Positions 56,906-64,000 of a stretch of DNA of 64,000 bases are shown here, in pieces (positions within the stretch are counted from its first letter, which is position 1; each line of letters opens with the position of its first letter). Both the position numbers and the translations under genes were made by a program. Source of the DNA: Verrucomicrobiia bacterium (lineage in GTDB: Bacteria > Verrucomicrobiota > Verrucomicrobiia > Limisphaerales > UBA1319); contig OY760937.1 of assembly GCA_963664225.1 (NCBI GenBank), positions 2,368,001 through 2,432,000 on the forward strand. The letters run 5' to 3'. A model generated the notes under the pieces. It was not told the origin of the DNA. It was given only the letters and a program-made list of their open reading frames with translations, and made no database searches.

Positions 56906-56908
56906 TTA

Positions 56909-59272
56909 TTAAACCTCCAGGACGGCCACTTCGTGGTCCAGCAGCGAACTCAGTTCGAACGAGGCCCAGCCGTTCTCAACCTTTGCGGTTTTCACTTCGC
57001 CCGAGACAAGCAGCTTCAAGGCTCCCGGTGTTGAATCCTTGGGCGGCCTTATTCTGATCTGCAGCGGGCCGACGGGGATCAGCTCATGGACCGGCGCGCG
57101 CCAGGTGCCTGCGCTGGTCAGATTGACCAAATGGAGGATAAGCCGGCCGGGCTGTTGGTAGAGCTCGCAATCGATCAGCCCGCGTCCCGTGACCTCGAGC
57201 GGAAGATGCCCCCCGGAGGCCCAGCGGACCAGGTTGGCCAGCAGATCCCCGTGGTCCGGCAGGTTTTCAGTGGCGAACCGGCGATCCACGTCGGCCGGCA
57301 AAAAGGCCACACGACCTTTGCCAGTCTCATTTAAAACCAAACCCGGAATCTTGGTTTGCGGCACGCGCATCCACGATGTTTCCGGTGGAAAGGCGGGAAA
57401 CGGGGGGATATAAGTCATCAAAACCTGTGCTTTGGGATCGACGGTCAGCGCCGCCAGCGTGCCTCCGAACGGCAGAATATCCGTTTCCTCGAAGCCCGCC
57501 AATATGGGATGGCGTTCCCCAGTGATGGCCGGTTCGTTGCCTGCCTTCGGGCCATTCACCCGCCCGCGCAGCTCTGGCGTCAGCCTCAAATAGCTGTGGC
57601 TGGTTCCGGCCAGGCGGCTGCCTGAGTCTTCTTCGTTGGCCGCGCGTCGTGTCCGGCCTCCGCTCACGCCAAAAAGTTCGGCCAGGGCATAATCGGGACG
57701 AGGATCGCCCCATTCATCATAGAGGCTGGTCTCTCCGGTCGCGATCACGGTCCCGCCGCGCTCGCAAAACTGTCGCACGGACGCCGCCTGCGCATCGGAC
57801 ATTGCGCCCAGGTTCGGAAGGATCAACACGGAAAGTCCGGGGGCCTCCCGCTCGATATGGTCAACATGCACAGGCAGCCAGGGAATGCGGGCCCTCACCA
57901 GGGCCTGGGAGAAACCGCGCCAGGGCTGGTCCACCAGTTCCTCGGGATGATTGCGTCCGTAAAAATCGGCGTTCCGCTGCGCCCACACCATCCCCACGGT
58001 TGCGAGCGGACGGCGGTTGTGCAGGTACTGTTGATTGGCTTTATGCCACTTGAGAATGGGCTCGGCAGTGTGATACATGCGGCGGTCCTCGTGGTAGGCG
58101 CTGATATGATGCCACCACGGATCGATGCCCCCCGCGAACCCGGCCAGCATCCACATGCGGGCCTCCGGCTCGGGCTTGCTGGACAGGCGGAACGTCGGCC
58201 GGCCCATCTGGTACAGGGGCATGCTTTCGGGAATGAGTTTGTCCCAGCCCAGCAAACCGTGAAGCATTTTCCCGGTCTCGCAATTGTTCTGGAAGCCCCC
58301 GGAATCGCTGCGCGCCTGATGGTCGAGCATGAGGATTTCAGTACGTTCGCAGATCGCCTTGCAGTCCCGGAAATCACGGCATTGGCTGCTGATGCTGCCG
58401 CTGTTCATGCCGAGCCAGAGACAATCCGGTCCGCCGGCGGCCCTGGTCACGGCCGTGTTCAAATCCCAAAGTTCCAACCGGCGCGCATAGCTCCAGAGGA
58501 TCCACTGCCGATAGACCGGATCGTTCCAGTCATGGCCTTTGGGCAAATCCTGGCCGCTGCGCTCCTTGAACCGACGGGCGCAGTGCGGACAGTGGCAGAC
58601 GCTATCGCGCCCAAGCCCGCTCCAACTGTTGTCGGTCACACCTTCCGGGTGGGAGCGTTCGATGATCTCACGCAGTATCCCGGGCAGATACTCGTCGTAA
58701 TACGGGCTGCTGATGCAGGTGATGAAATACTCGCCCGACCTGTAGGGCTTGCCGTTGGCATCGATGGCGAACCAGTCCGGATGCGCCCGATACAGCGCCT
58801 CATGCGCCTTGTTCGAGTCCATGCGCGCCAGCACTGCGAGTCCGTCCTCGTGGGCCGCGCGGGCCAGTTCACCGTAAAGATCACGGTCGCCCAAACTTTC
58901 AGGCCGGTGATGCAACGGAAATTTGCTCGGATAATAGGCGTAAATCCCACCGGCATTGATGATGACCCCCTGAACTTCCGTGCGTTTCCAATACTGCCGC
59001 CACCAGGATATGTCGTAGCGGGCCGGATCGATCTCCGTGATGTTCGTCTGGCCCCAGCGATAAACACGCCGATGCCAGGGCGCTTCAGCCCCGACCACCG
59101 CTTTCGACGGCTCCTCGCCAATCAGTGTCGTCGCGCCGGCCAGCCCTGCAGTCGCTGCCGCAGTGAGCTTCAGAAATTCGCGGCGTGTCGTGAATTGTGG
59201 GCGGATTGGATCGGAATTTTTCATATCGGTCATTTTCTCCACAGTAATGCAGACGGGGCGTTGTGGTCGCAA
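56909..59272 (-). CDS. Tat-exported GH42-like/GHL6 glycoside hydrolase with trimerisation (GATase-like) domain
   Basis: TRREFLK Tat motif; INAGG..AYYPS, HPDWF..DA.G, LILPN..AMSD, GG.VIATGETSLYD. The start is probably near 59224-59233. Confidence 0.8.
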   Translation of the reverse strand: MRPQRPVCITVEKMTDMKNSDPIRPQFTTRREFLKLTAAATAGLAGATTLIGEEPSKAVVGAEAPWHRRVYRWGQTNITEIDPARYDISWWRQYWKRTEVQGVIINAGGIYAYYPSKFPLHHRPESLGDRDLYGELARAAHEDGLAVLARMDSNKAHEALYRAHPDWFAIDANGKPYRSGEYFITCISSPYYDEYLPGILREIIERSHPEGVTDNSWSGLGRDSVCHCPHCARRFKERSGQDLPKGHDWNDPVYRQWILWSYARRLELWDLNTAVTRAAGGPDCLWLGMNSGSISSQCRDFRDCKAICERTEILMLDHQARSDSGGFQNNCETGKMLHGLLGWDKLIPESMPLYQMGRPTFRLSSKPEPEARMWMLAGFAGGIDPWWHHISAYHEDRRMYHTAEPILKWHKANQQYLHNRRPLATVGMVWAQRNADFYGRNHPEELVDQPWRGFSQALVRARIPWLPVHVDHIEREAPGLSVLILPNLGAMSDAQAASVRQFCERGGTVIATGETSLYDEWGDPRPDYALAELFGVSGGRTRRAANEEDSGSRLAGTSHSYLRLTPELRGRVNGPKAGNEPAITGERHPILAGFEETDILPFGGTLAALTVDPKAQVLMTYIPPFPAFPPETSWMRVPQTKIPGLVLNETGKGRVAFLPADVDRRFATENLPDHGDLLANLVRWASGGHLPLEVTGRGLIDCELYQQPGRLILHLVNLTSAGTWRAPVHELIPVGPLQIRIRPPKDSTPGALKLLVSGEVKTAKVENGWASFELSSLLDHEVAVLEV

Positions 59273-59543
59273 CCATCAGTTAACGACATCAAATGAAATG
59301 CCGGAAGGAGCTCAGTGGGAATTGGAAACAAAGCGATTGGCACTTTTGGAAAGGCAAGTGCTGCCTTCAGCGGACTCGGGACCGAGCTTGATTCCATGGC
59401 CCCCATGCTATCACGGGGGCCCTTACATGTCTCGATCTGTTGAGGAGGAATTTTCGGTGCGGAAGCAGCCCGTTTTTTCCAGCCGCTTCCAGCCAGTGCT
59501 CCCTGAATGGTGAATGTCCCGGGCGCCGGTTTCGCAGAGGACT

Positions 59544-60614
59544 CTAATTCCTCTGATGGTTAATCGCCAGCTCCTCCGGAGTCACCACCAGCTCCAGTTT
59601 TTCTGTGTGCCGAACCACGGTGATGGTCGATGATACTCCAATCACATCGGCCACAAGGAGACGATGCAATTCATCGATCCCCGACACCGGCTCGCCCCGA
59701 AACAGGACGATGACATCCCCCTCCCGCAAACCCGCGCGGCTTGCAGGACTGCCGGGCTCCATGCCGGCCACCAGCACGCCATGATCCACGGGCAGCCGGT
59801 GGAACACCACCACCCGCCGGTGAATGGGAACATTCTGGCCCGCAACCCCGATCCAACTGCGGCGGATGAAACCTTCCTTGATCAGCCACGCCGTCACAAA
59901 TTCGGCCGTGTTGCTGGCGATGGCAAAACAGATCCCCTGCGCCGGGAGGATGATCGCCGTGTTCACGCCGATGATCTCCCCGCGTGAATTGACCAGCGGG
60001 CCGCCCGAGTTGCCAGGATTCAGCGCCGCATCGGTCTGGATGACATTATCGATCAACCGACCCGACTGCGCCCGCATCGAGCGTCCCAGGGCGCTCACCA
60101 CCCCGGCGGTCACGGTTTGCTGAAAACCAAATGGACTCCCGATGGCAATGGCGATCTGCCCGACCCGGATGGATTTGGAATCTCCAAAATGGGCATGCAC
60201 GAGTTGGGAGGCATTGATGCGGATGACCGCCAGATCGGTCTCGGGATCGTCGCCAACGAGGCTGGCATCGAACACGCGCCCGTCCGCCAGGGTTACCTCC
60301 AGACGACCCGCCCCATGAACCACATGGCTGTTGGTCAGGATGTAGCCATCCGGCGCAATGATGAAACCCGAACCGCTGCCCCCGGACTCGGAGCCGGCTT
60401 TCCTCTCACCGCTGGCCGTCCGCGCACGAATGTTCACCACCGTGCGCCCCACTTTCTCAACCACGCTCGCTACGGTTCTGGAATAGCTGTCCAGCAGGGC
60501 GTCGTCGCCTGATGCGGATTGGACCCGCGATTCAGCGACGACGGAACCGCTTCCATCCAGCGTGCGAACCATGCTGGGGGCTTGAAGCCCCTCAAAGGCA
60601 CTGTGGATTTTCAT
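59544..60614 (-). CDS. HtrA/DegQ-like S1C serine protease with PDZ domain
   Basis: GSGF, LTNSHVV, DLAVI, IQTDAALNPGNSGGPL, PDZ GSPA..AGL..GDVI. No obvious signal peptide. Confidence 0.92.
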   Translation of the reverse strand: MKIHSAFEGLQAPSMVRTLDGSGSVVAESRVQSASGDDALLDSYSRTVASVVEKVGRTVVNIRARTASGERKAGSESGGSGSGFIIAPDGYILTNSHVVHGAGRLEVTLADGRVFDASLVGDDPETDLAVIRINASQLVHAHFGDSKSIRVGQIAIAIGSPFGFQQTVTAGVVSALGRSMRAQSGRLIDNVIQTDAALNPGNSGGPLVNSRGEIIGVNTAIILPAQGICFAIASNTAEFVTAWLIKEGFIRRSWIGVAGQNVPIHRRVVVFHRLPVDHGVLVAGMEPGSPASRAGLREGDVIVLFRGEPVSGIDELHRLLVADVIGVSSTITVVRHTEKLELVVTPEELAINHQRN

Positions 60615-60657
60615 ATTCTTTCTGCCAGCTTGACTGGCGCAATTTGGATTTTGGGAG

Positions 60658-60990
60658 TCAGGCCGCTTCGGCAAGCTTTTCCAATTTGGAAACGATCGCC
60701 CGTTTGCTCACAACCCCGCTGGTTTGGTCACGCACTTCGCCGCCCGAGAAATAGAGCAGCGTCGGAATCGATTGGATTCCAAAACGCGCCGTCAGCACAG
60801 GATTGGTGTCCACGTTGACCTTCGCGACTTTCGCCCGGCCGGCTTGTGCCGCCGCAATCTCGTCGAGCACCGGCCCGAGGATTCTGCACGGCCCGCACCA
60901 CTCGGCCCAAAAATCCACAAGGACGGGCTGGCTTGAATTTAAAACTTCTTTCTCAAAGTTTGCTTCGTTGATTTCAATGGTCGGCTTCAT
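60658..60990 (-). CDS. trxA: Thioredoxin
   Basis: VDFWAEWCGPCR, KVNVD, IQSIPTL. Confidence 0.95.
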   Translation of the reverse strand: MKPTIEINEANFEKEVLNSSQPVLVDFWAEWCGPCRILGPVLDEIAAAQAGRAKVAKVNVDTNPVLTARFGIQSIPTLLYFSGGEVRDQTSGVVSKRAIVSKLEKLAEAA

Positions 60991-61064
60991 AATTTGATTT
61001 CGGTTTTTTGTGTGTAAATGACGCTGGCTCCCATTCCCACTGCCAGCGGAATGACCCGGGTGGG

Positions 61065-61364
61065 TTACCGGATGCCTTGCTGATGCCGGTTCCAATCGGC
61101 AACCGCCTGCACCTTTTCCGTCGCAAGCGTCGGAAACAGCAGGTGTGGATACAGGGTCTGCCACGCCAGCGCCTCCGCTTCATTCACTGCGAGCTTCAAT
61201 AGGTGCTCCTGTGCCTTCAGCGTTTCGCGCGACTCGGCCAGGATGGCCTCTTTGGCATCGTGAATCTGCTTCAAGACCTTCTGACAGGATTCCAGGCAGG
61301 CGGTGCCGAACGCTCTTGCCGCACCCGTGTTTTCTTTGCCTTCATTCGACTGGTTCGTTTTCAT
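61065..61364 (-). CDS. Hypothetical protein (CxxxC-containing)
   Basis: 99-aa ORF between rrf2 and trxA; LAVNEAEALAWQT.YPHLLFP.LA.EK. Confidence 0.7.
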   Translation of the reverse strand: MKTNQSNEGKENTGAARAFGTACLESCQKVLKQIHDAKEAILAESRETLKAQEHLLKLAVNEAEALAWQTLYPHLLFPTLATEKVQAVADWNRHQQGIR

Positions 61365-61367
61365 ATA

Positions 61368-61386
61368 TGTAACCTATATGGTTACA
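61368..61386. promoter_or_regulatory. Rrf2 operator candidate 1
   Basis: Perfect palindrome TGTAACC-N5-GGTTACA, 3 nt from the start codon at 61364. Confidence 0.7.
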
Positions 61387-61409
61387 CTCTCGCACAAAAA
61401 AAGAGCCCG

Positions 61410-61856
61410 TCAACTGTCCCTCTTTTTGCCGCAGTCACATGAGGCTTGCACCGCTTTCATCACATCCGCCAGGGTGGTCTTCGCCAGATCCCGTTCCATC
61501 GCCGTTTGCGCCGATTCAAACACCCGGCCCAGGGTTTCCTTGATGCAGTGGCCCACGGGACAGGCCGCGTTGGGTTTCCGCGCGGGTGTGGCAAACGACT
61601 CCACGGCTTCGACCGACCGGTAAACCTCCGCCATGTTGATGCGCTGGGGCGAACGGCTCAATCGGGACCCGGCCCCGGCCCCTTTGCAGGTTTCCACCAG
61701 CCGGGCCTTCTGCAGCGACAGCAGCAGCCTCCTGATGATCACCGGGTTGGTGTTCACGCTGTTCGCCAGGAAGGCGGAAGTGACCCGGTCGCCCTCCTTG
61801 TAAGCCAGGACCGCCAGCACATGCACGGCCATCGCGAACCGGCAGCTAGTTCTCAT
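61410..61856 (-). CDS. Rrf2-family regulator (HypR/YwnA-like)
   Basis: SCRFAMAVHVL, TS..LA.SVNTNPVIIRR, G..G..L.R.P..I, PNAACPVG. Confidence 0.92.
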   Translation of the reverse strand: MRTSCRFAMAVHVLAVLAYKEGDRVTSAFLANSVNTNPVIIRRLLLSLQKARLVETCKGAGAGSRLSRSPQRINMAEVYRSVEAVESFATPARKPNAACPVGHCIKETLGRVFESAQTAMERDLAKTTLADVMKAVQASCDCGKKRDS

Positions 61857-61873
61857 ATCGCATATGGTTATTA

Positions 61874-61892
61874 GGTAACCTCAACGATTACA
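61874..61892. promoter_or_regulatory. Rrf2 operator candidate 2 (autoregulatory)
   Basis: GGTAACC-N5-GATTACA, with the same spacing as site 1, upstream of rrf2. Confidence 0.6.
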
Positions 61893-61992
61893 CCTGTCAA
61901 ATGGCAATCCTGCGATGCCCACGAGCGAAAACCGAAAAAAAAGTCTCCAACCGCGAGCCTGGCGCGCAGTTGGAGGCGTTGCGGAAACGATA

Positions 61993-63039
61993 TTATTCCT
62001 TCACCCGTTTGGCGTCCCAGTCGAAGCTCCGGGCCTCGCCGCCAAAGGTGCCGTCGATCTTGCCCTTCAGGCTGTCGCCATCGGCCTTGCCCTTGTAGTT
62101 CATGGTGAATTTGTTGCCATTGAACTCACGCGTCACCTGGAAGGAGACCTCGCCCTCTTTTACCTGCCCATTCTCGATGGCCGTCTCGGTGTCGTTCCAG
62201 ATCGACACGCCGGTCAGCTTCTCGCCGTCCTGCTTGAGCTTGATCTTCCGGTCGGTGGTCTGCCCGTCGGGCCGGGTCATCGTCCATTGCCAGGTGCCGG
62301 TGACATCGGCGCTTTTCTCCCGTTTGGCCTCCCAATCGCGGCTGCGAGCCTGATCGCCGCTGCCCATTTCGATTTTGCCATTGATTGTATCGCCGCTGAT
62401 TTTGCCCGCGTATTTGGCGGTGAATTTCTCACCATTGCGCTCACGGGTCACCGTGAATGACACCTCCGCGCCGTCGATCTTTCCATCCTCGATGGCCGTT
62501 TCACCACGGCGGCCGGTCAGCGTTCCCGTCAATTTTCCGTCCTGCTGCTTCAGTTGCAGCGTTGAATCCATGGCCTGCCCGTTTTGCGGGGTGAAAGTCC
62601 ATTTCCATGTGCCCGTCGCATTCGCCGGAGCCGCCTCCCGTTTCGCCTCCCAATCCCGCGTGCGGGTCTGGCCATTGCGTTCGGATTCCGTCGAGCCTTT
62701 GATGGTATCGCCGCTCAATTTGCCCATGTACTTGGTGGTGGAACTCTGCCCATTGCGTTCCCGGGTGACCTGGAAGGAGATCGCATCATCCTGGATTTTG
62801 CCCGCCTCGATCGCGGTTTCGGTTCCTGTGCGGCCAATCATGGCGCCCGTGATTTTGTCGCCATCCTGCTTCAATTTAAGGGTGGCATCATAGGTCTGGT
62901 TGTTTTGGCCAGTGACGGTCCATTTCCACACGCCGGTGGCGTTGGGGGCTGCCGTGGCACTCGTCACGCTCAGATTGATGATGGTGGCCAGTAAAGCGAC
63001 CGCCGCTCCTTTTAGGCACCGTAAGAATAATGTTTTCAT
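61993..63039 (-). CDS. Secreted protein with three tandem ~100-aa beta-rich repeats
   Basis: Three copies of TGxWKWT..LKLKQDGDKLTG..ETAIExGK..VSFxVTRE.NG..Y.GK..GD.IKG..DWEAKR. Confidence 0.85.
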   Translation of the reverse strand: MKTLFLRCLKGAAVALLATIINLSVTSATAAPNATGVWKWTVTGQNNQTYDATLKLKQDGDKITGAMIGRTGTETAIEAGKIQDDAISFQVTRERNGQSSTTKYMGKLSGDTIKGSTESERNGQTRTRDWEAKREAAPANATGTWKWTFTPQNGQAMDSTLQLKQQDGKLTGTLTGRRGETAIEDGKIDGAEVSFTVTRERNGEKFTAKYAGKISGDTINGKIEMGSGDQARSRDWEAKREKSADVTGTWQWTMTRPDGQTTDRKIKLKQDGEKLTGVSIWNDTETAIENGQVKEGEVSFQVTREFNGNKFTMNYKGKADGDSLKGKIDGTFGGEARSFDWDAKRVKE

Positions 63040-63357
63040 GAGTTTTTTGAGTTTTGCATTCTGTCATGCGTTAGGGGACAAAGACCATTTAAACCCCTCC
63101 GGCGGAAAATATCAAACCTGCATTGGACTAACCGCCAAAAATCTTCAGCCTTCTGAAACCCCTTCAATCGCATCACATTGAACGAAGTTTCGGCATCCCC
63201 GCCCCCGTGAATCTTGTGCTCGAACCCGCCGCTTCGCGCAACCGCCGGGTCCTTTCCTGTGCAAGCGGCCCAAAAACCTCCCAAATTATTTTTAGCATTG
63301 GACAGTTATTGTCCAACCCTGCCTGTCATGATGTGCGCTGTTAACGAAAGGCATGTT

Positions 63358-63561
63358 ATGCAGAATGAACAATTGGAAATGGAACTGCGTGTGGAAAAAC
63401 GGCGGCGGGAACTCCGGCGGCGCGTTCCCATGGGTGAGGCCCAATGGTGGTTCGAGCAGATGCGCCGCGCGGCGAATATCGCGTCGGACATGGCAAACCA
63501 GAACGCGACGGATGGCAACGCGCGTCTCTCTTCGTCCGACCTTTGTGCGGTGACGCGTTAA
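63358..63561 (+). CDS. Small hypothetical protein
   Basis: GAAAGG RBS before the ATG; MQNEQLEMEL..RRR..AQWWFEQMRRA. Confidence 0.55.
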   Translation: MQNEQLEMELRVEKRRRELRRRVPMGEAQWWFEQMRRAANIASDMANQNATDGNARLSSSDLCAVTR

Positions 63562-63581
63562 GCGCCTGCCCCACCGCTATG

Positions 63582-64000
63582 CTAGGTTTTCGAGCTTGGT
63601 GATGGACGGCGTCCGACCCAGTAGAGATACAGCACCAGGATCGCAAACGGGATCATCGAGAGGGCGTCCGAATGGGCTCCCTCGAAGAAGGGATTGTGCG
63701 CGCTCATGAAGTCGGTGATCCTCTGGGTGGTGTTCGAGAGAACGCCCGCCATGAAGGCGATGAGAATGCCCGCGATGGCCCCTCCGGCAATGTAGCCTGA
63801 GGCCAGCAGCACGCCGGGGCCTTTATCGCCTTCCGCAGTCAATTGCTCGGGCGTGTAGGCGGGTCCCTTGTTTCTGCGCTTGAGATGCTGATCGACCAGC
63901 CACCGAATCATGCCGCCAATGAAAATGGGCGATGACGAGGAGAGCGGCAGATAGACACCCACCGCAAACGCCAGTGACGGAATCGAGGACATCTCGAGCA
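63582..64000 (-). CDS. OPT-family oligopeptide transporter (3' end; start outside window)
   Basis: LAFAVGVYLPLSSSSPIFIGG and GVLLASGYIAGGAI motifs. Confidence 0.85.
   Translation of the reverse strand, partial: LEMSSIPSLAFAVGVYLPLSSSSPIFIGGMIRWLVDQHLKRRNKGPAYTPEQLTAEGDKGPGVLLASGYIAGGAIAGILIAFMAGVLSNTTQRITDFMSAHNPFFEGAHSDALSMIPFAILVLYLYWVGRRPSPSSKT

Noticed and set aside
1..64000. tRNA, rRNA, integrase/att sites, retron or RT genes
   Set aside because: None were recognised by eye or in the ORF track. tRNAscan-SE and Infernal would be needed to exclude small RNAs.

Overview
This is a 64 kb stretch of GC-rich bacterial chromosome. Gene content and protein style suggest Verrucomicrobiota (Pedosphaera/Limisphaera-like), which is an inference. 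In order it holds: the end of a phage-like block (capsid-like gene plus two genes); aroF with an upstream leader-peptide attenuator; ORF6N and NHL/BspA-LRR genes; feoA-feoA-feoB; a 1,738-bp IS; a PAS hybrid kinase; glnE; an ECF sigma/anti-sigma locus; a half-length carB; two DUF4139-like genes; dinB; a phoU-pstSCABB operon; capD-like and glycoside hydrolase genes; a GntR-GH38-kinase-PMI operon; a Phd-VapC toxin-antitoxin pair; and an Rrf2-trxA-htrA cluster. Four things stand out. (1) The IS has 15-bp TIRs and is flanked by an exact 30-bp direct duplication of a whole REP-like hairpin. It encodes an AbrB/MazE-like orfA that appears joined to the DDE transposase by a -1 frameshift (slippery run plus downstream stem-loop). 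(2) A 28-aa leader rich in Phe/Tyr/Trp, with full attenuator architecture, precedes the DAHP synthase gene. (3) The two PstB subunits have complementary degenerate ABC motifs. (4) PhoU is fused to an ArsC/LMW-PTP domain lacking its catalytic Cys. All calls come from reading the sequence; no database searches were run. No tRNA, rRNA or CRISPR array was recognised.
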